From: Halorutilales archaeon Cl-col2-1
GTDB lineage: Archaea > Halobacteriota > Halobacteria > Halobacteriales > Afararchaeaceae
NCBI GenBank assembly: GCA_041891055.1
Contig: CP169074.1
Coordinates: 1,056,001 to 1,120,000, forward strand
Reading direction: 5' to 3'
DNA length: 64,000 nt
The notes beneath the pieces were generated by a model. That model saw nothing but the letters and a program-made list of their open reading frames with translations. It was not told the DNA's origin and did no database searches. The stretch's first letter is position 1. The number at the start of each line of letters is the position of its first letter. Shown piece by piece: positions 1 through 9,573 of this stretch. The translations under genes were made by a program, and so were the position numbers.

Positions 1-198
1 CACGGTCTCGACTCAGAGATAGACACCGTCGTAGGACGTGACACCGAAGGTGTCGATGGCTGGAAGCCCGATCCCGAGCCTCTACTCGAAGCCGTCGAGA
101 GGCTCTCGGTTGACCCCGACGACGCTCTCTTCGTGGGTAACTCGGAGAGAGATCGCGTGACTGCGGAGAAAGCAGGTGTGGAGTTCAGAAAGGTGTAG
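1..198 (+). CDS. HAD-family hydrolase, 3' part (cut by window edge)
   Basis: Frame 1 reads HGLDSEIDTVVGRD...WKPDPEPL...ALFVGNSERDRVTAEKAG, matching HAD motifs III/IV; TAG stop at 196-198. Confidence 0.8.
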   Translation, partial: HGLDSEIDTVVGRDTEGVDGWKPDPEPLLEAVERLSVDPDDALFVGNSERDRVTAEKAGVEFRKV

Positions 199-208
199 TA
201 TAGCTTAG

Positions 209-802
209 TTACTCGTCTTCGTCTTCGTCCTCTTCCTCGATAGTCTCAGGCCCCTTGACGGCATCGTGAAGCGAGTCGAGTCCGTTGACCCACTCGCTCA
301 CGAATCCGTACTCAAGGTCGTCATAGACCGTCTCTATCTCGAACTCCTCACCGTCGAGGATCTTCGCGCCCGCCTTGGCTATCAGACCCAGAGACCTGTC
401 CATCTCCTCGTTATCCTCAGCCGACTTCGCCTCGTAGATGTAGTCCTCGACGTCCCCTTCGGAGTCTGCACCGTTGGTTATGTACTCCTCACACGAGACC
501 ATAACGCCCCTGAGAGACGTCTGGACTCCGTCGAGCATCATGTGTTTGTCCTCGTCGTCGATCTCGACCTCGCTCAGAACTATCTCGGAGATATCGGCGA
601 GCTCCTCGATAGCCTCTTCTGCGTCGATAGTACCGTCGTCTAGCTCCTTTACGAGCTTCGCACACGCTATAGTTACGTCGTCTTGAAGGTTGAAGAAAAG
701 ACGCGCGCTGTCCTCGGACTCAGGATCGAACTCCTCGTCTCGTATCCGTTCTACCCAGTTGTTCCAACGTTCACGGGTGTAGAACCCCTCGTCTTCTTCC
801 AT
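209..802 (-). CDS. DUF2150-family conserved archaeal protein
   Basis: 197-aa acidic ORF with FYT.ERW.NW and LFFNLQDD motifs recognised as DUF2150. Confidence 0.75.
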   Translation of the reverse strand: MEEDEGFYTRERWNNWVERIRDEEFDPESEDSARLFFNLQDDVTIACAKLVKELDDGTIDAEEAIEELADISEIVLSEVEIDDEDKHMMLDGVQTSLRGVMVSCEEYITNGADSEGDVEDYIYEAKSAEDNEEMDRSLGLIAKAGAKILDGEEFEIETVYDDLEYGFVSEWVNGLDSLHDAVKGPETIEEEDEDEDE

Positions 803-839
803 ACGAACCAGATGTCTCTCGGACTAAAATCGGTTTCGG

Positions 840-1829
840 TCAGTACCTCCAGCCGAGCCATTTAGTCGCAGTGTCGCCCGGAGAGTTAGATCGGAGCCAG
901 TCACGTGTACCATCCTCTGAGACGCCTTTCACCACCCTACTTGGCTCCGAGTTCCAGACGTACTTTGTGCCATCCTGAGCGAGACATCCCAACTCAACGA
1001 GATATCTGAGTACCTCGGATACGCGGTCTCCCGACCATCCCATCCGTTCGACGTCGTCGCACGAAAAGGTATCAGAAGTCGTCTCACGAAGCTGGGCGTA
1101 TTCGATGAGGTACGTTCCGTCTAAGATTCGTCTGAGACGCAGATTCTCGACGACGGAGTCCTTGAGCGAGTCAGGCACGGGGACTCCGAGAGAGACATCG
1201 TCGAACTCTGATCTCTCGACATGTGAGACGTAGTCAGTCGTATCGACGACTGTCGGGTTATCTATCAGACTGAAGGGCGAACAGCCGTTTCCGTCTCCTC
1301 TCTTCCCCTCGGGATATATCTCGCGGCTGTCGGAGACGATGTACTCGAAACGCTCGTAGCCCGTCTCCCTGTCAGGACTCGGAGCCGCGGCGTAGCCGTC
1401 GTCCCGTGTATCGAGGATTCCCTCGTCGACCATAGTCGAGAGAACTTCGCGTGTCTCTTGATCAGACCATCCGAGTGTCTCGGAGATCTCAGCGGCGTCG
1501 AATACGTAGTTCCCCACCGACTCAGATATCTTCTCACGTCTCCGCGCATCGTCGTCGTCCCTCGTCTGCTTCGCCTGTCTCAGAAACTCGACGCTTCCAG
1601 GCTGAGCATCGATACTATCGGTCGTATCCCGTTCTGATTCTGTGTCGTCGTTCTCCAAGGGCGACTCCCTCTCCTCTATCTCGTCTATTACGAGATCCTC
1701 CTCGAAGACTGCGTACTCGGTGAGAATACGTGACATCGCCGCAATCTCGTCTCTGAGATGGTTGGTGAAACGTCTCACAGTCTCTGAGTCGTCGTACGAC
1801 GAGAAGTCGGTGTATCTGACAGTAGTCAT
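840..1829 (-). CDS. Hypothetical protein with two winged-helix-like repeats
   Basis: 329-aa acidic ORF divergent from trm1; LGWS...EVL..MVDEGIL and MGWS...EVL..LVELGCL. Confidence 0.6.
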   Translation of the reverse strand: MTTVRYTDFSSYDDSETVRRFTNHLRDEIAAMSRILTEYAVFEEDLVIDEIEERESPLENDDTESERDTTDSIDAQPGSVEFLRQAKQTRDDDDARRREKISESVGNYVFDAAEISETLGWSDQETREVLSTMVDEGILDTRDDGYAAAPSPDRETGYERFEYIVSDSREIYPEGKRGDGNGCSPFSLIDNPTVVDTTDYVSHVERSEFDDVSLGVPVPDSLKDSVVENLRLRRILDGTYLIEYAQLRETTSDTFSCDDVERMGWSGDRVSEVLRYLVELGCLAQDGTKYVWNSEPSRVVKGVSEDGTRDWLRSNSPGDTATKWLGWRY

Positions 1830-1935
1830 GTACTTGTGCTATTTCCCCCCATCCACACATTACTGTCGAGCGACATTACTCTGTCGGCGCGTCGGAGTAC
1901 GGAACTCATTTGTCGTTACGCCGTCGATCTGTGGT

Positions 1936-3021
1936 ATGGAGAAAGTCACCGAGGGCGAGGTTACGGTACGGACGACCGACGACGTCTTCTACAACCCCGA
2001 CATGGAGATGAACCGCGACATCACGGTCGCAGTCCTCAACGCGGTCAGCGACGAGGACGACGACGGCGAGACGACCTACGCCGACGCGATGACCGCGACG
2101 GGGATAAGAGGCGTGAGAGCCGCAGTAGAGTCAGGCGTCGATGTAACTATGAACGACAGGAGCCCCGACGCCGTCGATCTCGCGCGGTCTAATCTCGAAG
2201 AAAACGACGCCGACGGCGATGTCGTGAGGTCGGACTCGAACGTCTTCATGTGGTCGAAGACCGCCGACGTAGTCGATGTCGATCCCTTCGGGAGTCCCGT
2301 AGTATTCGCCGACTCCGCCTTCAACTCAGCACAGTCAGTCGCGTGTTTCACGGCTACTGACACCGCACCCCTATGTGGAGCGCATTCAAGCGACAGGAGA
2401 AGGTACTCCGCGGTTCCTCTCAACACAGAGTACCATCCCGAGATGGGTCTACGTGTCCTTATAGGAGCCCTCGTGAGAACTGCGGCGAGACACGACGTCG
2501 CCGCCGAGCCAGTCTTATCACACGTCTCCGACCACTATGTCAGGACATACATGAGCCTCGACACCGGCGGTAAGGTCGCCAACGCCTCGCTCGAAGGACT
2601 CGGATACATCTCCCACTGCTTCGACTGTTACTACAGGACGTCTTCACACGGAATGATCTTCGATGGCGAGCGCGACTGTCCCAACTGTGGCTCCGAGATG
2701 AGGGTAGCAGGTCCCCTCTGGATAGACTCGGTACGTGACCCCGACTTCGTCGACGAGGTCAGGGACGAGATAGAGAGGTACATGGGTACGTATAAACGCG
2801 CGAGGAAGGTTCTACGTCTCGTGAGGGACGAGATAGAGACGCCGACACATTACGACCACCACAAGCTATCGAAGAAATGGGGCGTGACTCCGTACAAGAT
2901 AGACGAGTCAGTCGAGATGATCAGAGAAGCCGGCTTCGAGGCAAGCCGCGCGCATTACTCGGGGACTGCGATAAAGACAGACGCCGACGTAGACGAGCTA
3001 GAGGAGTTCATAGGAGAGTAG
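1936..3021 (+). CDS. trm1: tRNA (guanine26-N2)-dimethyltransferase
   Basis: VFYNP.ME.NRD, ATGIRG.R, DVDPFGSP and TATDTAPLCG motifs plus CxxC..CxxC; start moved to ATG 1936 (MEKVTEG). Confidence 0.93.
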   Translation: MEKVTEGEVTVRTTDDVFYNPDMEMNRDITVAVLNAVSDEDDDGETTYADAMTATGIRGVRAAVESGVDVTMNDRSPDAVDLARSNLEENDADGDVVRSDSNVFMWSKTADVVDVDPFGSPVVFADSAFNSAQSVACFTATDTAPLCGAHSSDRRRYSAVPLNTEYHPEMGLRVLIGALVRTAARHDVAAEPVLSHVSDHYVRTYMSLDTGGKVANASLEGLGYISHCFDCYYRTSSHGMIFDGERDCPNCGSEMRVAGPLWIDSVRDPDFVDEVRDEIERYMGTYKRARKVLRLVRDEIETPTHYDHHKLSKKWGVTPYKIDESVEMIREAGFEASRAHYSGTAIKTDADVDELEEFIGE

Positions 3022-3039
3022 TGTAGTATAGTATCAGTC

Positions 3040-5211
3040 CTAGGTGACGTGCTTCGGGTCGAGGAGACGTACGGGATGGCGCGTCTCGGGGTTGGGGCTG
3101 AGTAGGTCGTTCATCTGATCCTCACACGACGAGCCGCTCGCGACTACGTGGTCGGCGTCTTCGGGTTTCTGTATCTTCTCTCCGACGTCGACACTGAGGT
3201 CGTAGTACTCCGACTTATAGCCGAACGACCCTGCCATACCACAGCACTCGGCGTCGGAGGTCGTGACATCGTACCCCGCGGCTTCGAGGACTTCGACTGT
3301 CGGCTCTTCGAGTCCGAGTGTCCTCTGCTGACAGTGAGAGTGGTAGAAGACGTCTCCAGACCGGCGCACGAGACAGTTTCTGAGCGAGGGGTCTGAGTCG
3401 ATGATGTCCTCTATGTACTCGAAGAGTTCGTAGCTCCTCGCGCTTATCTCGGCGTACTCGTCCTCGGGAAGAAGCTTTTCGTAGTCGCTTCTGAGCATCG
3501 CGAGAGACGACGGCTCGACCACTACTACATCGGGATCGTGGTTCGACTCAGTCAGAGAATCGTGAAGACGTTCGGCTTTGAGTCTCGCGGTCTCGACCAT
3601 TCCCTGGGAAAGAGGTGCGCGTCCGGTCCCCGGGAGGTCGGGAACCACGACCTCGACGCCGAGGGATTCGAGGACACGTACTGCGGCTTTACCTCTCTCG
3701 ACGTTGATGTAGTTAGTGTAGACGTCGGGATAGAGGACGACAGTCTCGTGAGTCTCAGATGACTTAGGAGCCCGCGACTCGAACCAGTCTCTCAGAGTCG
3801 TCGACTCGAACTCCGGGAGGTCGCGTCGGGAGTCTACGCCTACACGGTCGAGTAGGTACTTCGCGGGACGGCTCTCGGCGAGGAGGTTAGAGACAGGTGC
3901 GGTCTTCGAGCCGATACGCGCGATCCTCTCGAAGTTGCCGAAGAGCAATTTACGTAGACGTGGAGTAGTCTCGGAGTCGTCTGCGGGAAGAAGACCCTCG
4001 TAGACGAAGTCGAACTCCGAGTCGTCGCCTCTGTTTATCCTGTCACGTACTGCGGTGTTTATCCACGGTATGTCGATCTTCACGGGGCATTTGTTGACAC
4101 ATCTCGAACAGCCCGTACACAGGTCGTTGAACTCCTCGGCGGAGTCAAGACCCTCGACGCCCGCTTCCCATCCCGTGGCGATCCCACCGGTGTAGGTCTC
4201 ACCGCCGAAGACGTGTCCTCCCGCGCTCTGGAAGTTGGGACACGTGTTGAGACACGCCGAACAACGGATGCAGTAGAGTGTCTCCCTCAGAACCTCGTCT
4301 TGTCTCATCTCCGACCGTCCGTTGTCGACGAGGACGAGGTGAAACTCTCGGTCCTCGGCGTCGGCGTCCTCGCCGAAGACGGGGCTGTCGAGAGGTGGGG
4401 TCAGAAGAGAGACGTACGACGTGATCGCCTGTCCCGTACCCGACCTTCCTATGAGCTCTATGAAGGGCTTCATCTCGGCGACAGACGGTAGTATCTTCTC
4501 GATCCCCGCGACTGCGACGTGTGTGCGTGTCGACTCTACGACCTTACGGGCGTTCCCCTCGTTGGTGACTACTGCGACTGTCCCCGACTCTGCGGAGACG
4601 AAGTTGGCTCCCGTGATGCCGACGTCTGCGTTGTCTATCCTGTCACCGAGGTAGTCGCTCGCGAACTCGGTAAGCTCCTCGGCGGTTTCGAGATCGTGAT
4701 CGAGGTCGAACTTGTCGTTGAAGAGACGTGCTATCTTCTGTCTCGACTTGTGTATTCCGGGCCCTATGATATGGGACGGCTCCTCGTCGGCGAGCTGTAT
4801 CACGAACTCGCCGAGGTCGGTCTCGTAGACGTCGACATTTTCTTCTTCGAGTGCGTCGTTGAGGTCTATCTCCTCGGTAGTCATCGACTTGCTCTTGACA
4901 GCGGTGTCCGCGTCGGCGTCTTCAGACACCTCGGCTACGTACCGACGGGCGTCTTCGGCGTCGTCTGCGACGTATACGGTGCCTCCGTTCGACTCGACGG
5001 TCTCACGTAGCTCCTCGATAAGTGACGGAAGCCGTTCTATGGCGTCCTCCTTTATCTCGCGAGCCTCAGATCTGAGGTCTTCGTACCTGTCGCCGAGTCC
5101 GTCTACGGCGGCGTCACGCGACTCGTTGAAATGGTGTGTGTTACCGTAGACTGCGTCGCCCTCGTCTTCGAGTATCCGGTTTATGTATTCGGCTTTCTCA
5201 GTATCACTCAT
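3040..5211 (-). CDS. lutB: LutB-type lactate utilisation Fe-S protein (LUD domain, two 4Fe-4S motifs, fused CCG domain)
   Basis: KSKSMTTEE, ETDLGEF, CIRCSACLNTCP, CTGCSRCVNKCP, HSHCQ, CCGMAGSFG. Confidence 0.85.
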   Translation of the reverse strand: MSDTEKAEYINRILEDEGDAVYGNTHHFNESRDAAVDGLGDRYEDLRSEAREIKEDAIERLPSLIEELRETVESNGGTVYVADDAEDARRYVAEVSEDADADTAVKSKSMTTEEIDLNDALEEENVDVYETDLGEFVIQLADEEPSHIIGPGIHKSRQKIARLFNDKFDLDHDLETAEELTEFASDYLGDRIDNADVGITGANFVSAESGTVAVVTNEGNARKVVESTRTHVAVAGIEKILPSVAEMKPFIELIGRSGTGQAITSYVSLLTPPLDSPVFGEDADAEDREFHLVLVDNGRSEMRQDEVLRETLYCIRCSACLNTCPNFQSAGGHVFGGETYTGGIATGWEAGVEGLDSAEEFNDLCTGCSRCVNKCPVKIDIPWINTAVRDRINRGDDSEFDFVYEGLLPADDSETTPRLRKLLFGNFERIARIGSKTAPVSNLLAESRPAKYLLDRVGVDSRRDLPEFESTTLRDWFESRAPKSSETHETVVLYPDVYTNYINVERGKAAVRVLESLGVEVVVPDLPGTGRAPLSQGMVETARLKAERLHDSLTESNHDPDVVVVEPSSLAMLRSDYEKLLPEDEYAEISARSYELFEYIEDIIDSDPSLRNCLVRRSGDVFYHSHCQQRTLGLEEPTVEVLEAAGYDVTTSDAECCGMAGSFGYKSEYYDLSVDVGEKIQKPEDADHVVASGSSCEDQMNDLLSPNPETRHPVRLLDPKHVT

Positions 5212-5717
5212 TCTACCACCACTACCTCGGCGGTCGAGACACCGTGGACGCCCCTGACCGACTCGCCCATGTCACTCGTGGAGCTAACTCCCGTAGCGAG
5301 TACGACGTCGGTATCGGCGGAGTCGACGAGTTCGAGAGCCGTTTCGATGTCTTCCACGAGGTCGTCACGTCTCAGGACGGCGACGTGTCTGTCTGGATAC
5401 AGACTCACCTGGCTCGACCTTGCCTCCGAGGTGATGCCGAGAGTCCCGTAGGAAGCGACACCGAACTCCGCTCTCGTGATACCCGTGTCGGCGTCACGTA
5501 TCTCGTCGTCCGAAGGCTGGGTCTCGATATAGTCGGGGAGAAGAGAGCCATCGAGATCCGACGACGCGACCGCAGTCCCCTCGGTAGCATCGTCGACCGC
5601 GTCCGAGAGATCCGACCTCGGCACAGCCGTGACTCCGACGCCCAAGTCAGCGAGTCTCTTCTCGAACTCGTCCAAAGAAGAATCAGAGTCGGAGTCGGAT
5701 TCTTGTTTCACTACCAC
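5208..5717 (-). CDS. lutC: LutC-type LUD-domain protein
   Basis: GVASYGT, SLYPDRHVAV and TG.SST.DMG..VRGVHG motifs; overlaps the lutB start. Confidence 0.8.
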   Translation of the reverse strand: MVVKQESDSDSDSSLDEFEKRLADLGVGVTAVPRSDLSDAVDDATEGTAVASSDLDGSLLPDYIETQPSDDEIRDADTGITRAEFGVASYGTLGITSEARSSQVSLYPDRHVAVLRRDDLVEDIETALELVDSADTDVVLATGVSSTSDMGESVRGVHGVSTAEVVVVE

Positions 5718-5768
5718 TACCTCTATGTAGGTCTACCGTCCGAGACGTCTTACGCGTTACGTGTTAGG

Positions 5769-7706
5769 TTATGCGTTCTGCTTCGTGTACGGGAGCTTTC
5801 CACCCGCTGCGAGGAGTCGGCGCTCTCTCTCACTGGCTTCGAGTTCGACGGGTATCTCTATTCCGTTCGTCTCGTTGACGAGAGTGAACTCCTCGTCTCC
5901 TGCCTCGACCTTCTCGACGACGTTCTCGATACGCAGGTCGTCGCCCTCGTCTATCTTGGCGTAGTCCTCGGGGTTCTTGAACGTCAGCGGAAGGAGACCG
6001 AAGTTGAATAGGTTCGCCTTGTGTATACGCGCGAACGACTTCGCGACGACCGCCTCGACGCCTAAGTTCATCGGACACAGCGCGGCGTGCTCACGGCTCG
6101 ATCCCTGTCCGTAGTTCTCCCCGCCGACTATGACTCCGCCGCCCTTCTGTTTCGCGCGTTCTGCGAAGTCGGAGTCGACACGTGAGAGTGTGTACTCCGA
6201 GAGCTTGTCTATGTTCGATCTGTACATGAGGATCTCACTCGTCGCGGGTATGATGTGGTCGGTGGTTATGTCATCGCCGACCTTGAGGAGTGTCTCTCCC
6301 TCTACGGTGTCACCGAGGGGATCCTTGAGAGGTACCTCGCCTATATTGGGACCCTTCTCAAGCTCGACCTCGTCGTCGTCGGGTTCGAGTAGGTCGACCT
6401 TGCTTCCCGAGAAACCGTCGGGTATGACTGTTCCGGGAGCGTCGACTCCGTAGGTCTCGGCGTAGTCGCGTGGATCTACGAGTTCGCCCTCGACTGATGC
6501 GGCGGCGGCGACCTCGGGCGACGAGAGATAGACCTCATCGTCTTCTATTCCCGAGCGTCCCTCGAAGTTACGGTTGAAGGTCCTGAGTGAGGCGGAGTCG
6601 CTCGCGGGGACATGTCCTATTCCGATACACGCGCCACACGTCGACTCGGACCAGTTGACGCCCGCAGCCATGAGGTCGGCGGCAGTTCCGTTTCTCGCGA
6701 GCATCTCGTCGGTCTGTTTCGAGGCGGGTGCGACTATGGCGTGGACGTCCTCGTCGACTGTGTTGTCATCGAGTGTGCGCGCGAACGACTCGACGTCCTC
6801 GTATCCGCCGTTGGTACACGATCCGACCATGACCTGTTCGACCTCTGTTCCCTCGACCTCGGAGACGGGAACGACATTGTCGGGCATGCTCGGACACGCG
6901 ACGAGAGGCTCTATCTCGCCGAGGTCGATCTCTATGGTGTCGTCGTACTCGGCGTCGTCGTCGGGCTTGAGCTCTGTGTAGTCTTCTTCTCTTCCGAGAC
7001 GTTCGAGGTAGTCGCGCGTCCTCTCGTCGCTCGGGAAGACACTCGAAGTCGCTCCGAGCTCCGTACCCATGTTAGTGATAGTCGTCCTCTCGGGGACGGA
7101 GAGACTCTCGACCCCAGGACCCGTGTACTCGAAGACTCTTCCGACTCCGCCCTCGACGCCATGACGTCGGAGCATCTCGAGTATGACGTCCTTCGCAGTC
7201 GCCCAGTCAGGTAGCTCTCCCGTGAGACGTACCTCGACGACCTCGGGCATCTCGATGTAGTAGGCACCTCCACCCATCGCTACGGCTATATCGAGACCTC
7301 CCGCACCTATCGAGAGCATACCCATTCCGCCCTGTGTCGGCGTGTGGGAGTCGGCTCCGAGGAGAACCTTGCCGGGCTCGGCGAAGTTCTCTGTGTGTAC
7401 CTGGTGACATATGCCGTTTCCGGGGCGTGAGAACCACGCGCCGTACTTGTTCGACGCGCTCTTGAGGAAACGGTGGTCGTCGGTGTTCTTGAAGTCGAAC
7501 TGGTAGGTCTGGTGGTCACAGTACTGTGCGGCGAGTTCGGTCTTGTGTTCGGGCATGTCGAGTGCCTCGAACTGGAGCCAGACGAGTGTGCCTGTCGTGT
7601 CCTGAGACAGAACCTGGTCGACATCTATCCCGATCTCCTCGCCAGGCTCCATATCTCCTTCCACCAAGTGGTCGGAGATAATCTTCTGAGTGATGTTTTG
7701 TCCCAT
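5769..7706 (-). CDS. acn: Aconitate hydratase
   Basis: QDTTG, DH, GNGICHQV, GADSHT, GSCTN, CGACIG, NRNF, TTDHI, GQGSSRE; likely start ATG 7706 (MGQNITQK). Confidence 0.92.
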   Translation of the reverse strand: MGQNITQKIISDHLVEGDMEPGEEIGIDVDQVLSQDTTGTLVWLQFEALDMPEHKTELAAQYCDHQTYQFDFKNTDDHRFLKSASNKYGAWFSRPGNGICHQVHTENFAEPGKVLLGADSHTPTQGGMGMLSIGAGGLDIAVAMGGGAYYIEMPEVVEVRLTGELPDWATAKDVILEMLRRHGVEGGVGRVFEYTGPGVESLSVPERTTITNMGTELGATSSVFPSDERTRDYLERLGREEDYTELKPDDDAEYDDTIEIDLGEIEPLVACPSMPDNVVPVSEVEGTEVEQVMVGSCTNGGYEDVESFARTLDDNTVDEDVHAIVAPASKQTDEMLARNGTAADLMAAGVNWSESTCGACIGIGHVPASDSASLRTFNRNFEGRSGIEDDEVYLSSPEVAAAASVEGELVDPRDYAETYGVDAPGTVIPDGFSGSKVDLLEPDDDEVELEKGPNIGEVPLKDPLGDTVEGETLLKVGDDITTDHIIPATSEILMYRSNIDKLSEYTLSRVDSDFAERAKQKGGGVIVGGENYGQGSSREHAALCPMNLGVEAVVAKSFARIHKANLFNFGLLPLTFKNPEDYAKIDEGDDLRIENVVEKVEAGDEEFTLVNETNGIEIPVELEASERERRLLAAGGKLPYTKQNA

Positions 7707-8079
7707 GTGTGGTGATAACCACGGCAACCTAATAAGAGTTTACAGCCGTGTCCGAAACCGTCACGGAGAACCACGGAGTCTGTATAGCGGATTAGGATTT
7801 ACGACGTAACGACGACGGTGTATCAGGGGGGAAGAGAAAGATAGGAGGTTCTGTTGCAAGTCTAGTCGCGACTGTGAGCCTCGTCAGAGCTCAATAAAGT
7901 AAATATCGCTATACACAACCGCACCTCTCAGTCGTCGACAGTCATAGCGTGATATGGTACTTAACCGTGTTTCTGGGAGACACAGTCTGGGTCACGTCGC
8001 CATGAAAGACCTTATGCGAGCGGTGACATCGTCAGCGTCAGCATCGGCGTCATCAGTTTTCAGAGGTGGAAGAACTCTA

Positions 8080-8478
8080 TCAACTGTACTCCTCAATCTC
8101 TATGACTTTCTTCGTCTCAGGATGAGTAAGATCAGTGTCGCGTGAGACTACCGGAGCATCGAGGTCGCGTCCGACTGCGGCGATTAGACCATCAATTCCT
8201 CCGAGAAAAGGACCCTCAGATCCAATCTCATCTGCTATCTCCCCGGCTATTATGGCGGTTTCGGCGTCGGTACTGTATATCTCTCCCCACGACAGATATT
8301 CCTCGGCTGCTTCAAGGTCGCCATCGGGATAGTTTCCCTCTCCGACTAAGATCTCAGCATAAGCAGGTGCGGGAATAATCCAGTGTTGGCTGTCGCCGCC
8401 GTTGTCCTCGTAGAACCTCTTGGTGTCAGGACTTCCATTGAAGTAGTCGATGAGAAAAGAAGTGTCGAGAATCTTCAT
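8080..8478 (-). CDS. vapC: PIN-domain VapC toxin
   Basis: ILDTSFLID...AE...DGLIAA...SRD acidic tetrad; downstream of a small antitoxin gene. Confidence 0.88.
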   Translation of the reverse strand: MKILDTSFLIDYFNGSPDTKRFYEDNGGDSQHWIIPAPAYAEILVGEGNYPDGDLEAAEEYLSWGEIYSTDAETAIIAGEIADEIGSEGPFLGGIDGLIAAVGRDLDAPVVSRDTDLTHPETKKVIEIEEYS

Positions 8479-8480
8479 CG

Positions 8481-8735
8481 CTACTCAGAGAGGGACGAAG
8501 CTGAGGGCTGCTTCAGACGTCTCTTCCGTTCGCCTCTAGAGTTCTGAAGTCCTTCACGTACAGCATCAGCGTGTTCATCAGACCATCTTCCGAATCCCTC
8601 GTAGAAATCTGCCTCAGAGTCCTCGAGTAATATCCTCTCGATAACCTCGTTGAAGCTCTCGCCCTCTCTCTTTCGTTGCTCGAGATGTCTTTTGACCTCG
8701 TCACTCACACGTATCTGTTCTGTCGCAGTGACCAT
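8481..8735 (-). CDS. vapB: VapB-type antitoxin (ribbon-helix-helix-like)
   Basis: QIRVSDEVK..L...KREGESFNEVIERIL; 2 bp upstream of the PIN gene. Confidence 0.8.
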   Translation of the reverse strand: MVTATEQIRVSDEVKRHLEQRKREGESFNEVIERILLEDSEADFYEGFGRWSDEHADAVREGLQNSRGERKRRLKQPSASSLSE

Positions 8736-8739
8736 TCTA

Positions 8740-8762
8740 CCGTGTTGACATCCGTGTTGACA
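8740..8762. promoter_or_regulatory. Candidate autoregulatory operator, direct repeat CCGTGTTGACA x2
   Basis: Exact 11-bp repeats at 8740-8750 and 8752-8762, just upstream of the antitoxin start. Confidence 0.6.
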
Positions 8763-8828
8763 GAACTTTAGGCTTTCGTGACTCTGAACCGAACCGAAAA
8801 GAGTTCTGAAGAAGATAAAAGAAAGATT

Positions 8829-9542
8829 TCAGTCGTCGCTCGGGACGCGGTCGTGCGTCTCTGTCTCCGACGACGGTTTGTCGAACTGACTTACGAAGTC
8901 GTCTTCTTCTTCCTCTTCTTCCTTCTTCTCCTTAATCTTCTTCATACGGAAGATCTCCTCGCGCTCCATCTCGTCGAGACGTAGCTCTATGAAGTCACGC
9001 GCCTCCTTGAGCTCGGGAAGAAGCTTGAACTCTAGGGCGTTGACACGTCTCTTCGTCTTCTCAATCTCGTCGAGCATCTTTCTCATCGCGGTCTCTATCT
9101 CGGCGGCGAGTATTATCGAGTCGAGGAGCTTCTCGTAAGCCTCCGCCGCCTCGTCGACACGCGCACTCGTGCCGAGAAGACCGTAACCGCGCTCTCCGAT
9201 GTCTTTCTGTACCTTCGACCCCTCGATCTGGGGAACTACGACTCCCATTATGTTCTTCGAGTCGACGACTATCTCGGGAGTCTCGGCACGCGCACTCGCT
9301 GCGCCTCTCACTGCGAGGTCACCGTCCATCGCCCGAGCCTTGTTGATCTTCTTCTGAGCCTCGTCGTAGTCCTGTTCAAGCTGTGAACGTACGTCCTGAG
9401 CCTCGTCAAGTATCTCCATGAACTCCATTATGAGTCCATCGCGCTTCTTCTCGAGAGTGTCGTGACCCTGTTCGGAGAGCTCGATACGATCCTTGATCTC
9501 CATCAGGTTCTTACGCGTGGGTTTGACGTCCTCTACTGCCAT
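8829..9542 (-). CDS. atpD: A-type ATP synthase subunit D
   Basis: [27 protein letters not shown]; last gene of the operon. Confidence 0.96.
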   Translation of the reverse strand: MAVEDVKPTRKNLMEIKDRIELSEQGHDTLEKKRDGLIMEFMEILDEAQDVRSQLEQDYDEAQKKINKARAMDGDLAVRGAASARAETPEIVVDSKNIMGVVVPQIEGSKVQKDIGERGYGLLGTSARVDEAAEAYEKLLDSIILAAEIETAMRKMLDEIEKTKRRVNALEFKLLPELKEARDFIELRLDEMEREEIFRMKKIKEKKEEEEEEDDFVSQFDKPSSETETHDRVPSDD

Positions 9543-9573
9543 TGTGTTGTGGGGATGTTATGTTTTGACGAGG

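Noticed and set aside
1642-1935. 98-aa N-terminal extension of Trm1 in the ORF track
   Set aside because: It overlaps the opposite-strand gene and is Ser-rich shadow sequence; Trm1 similarity starts at ATG 1936.
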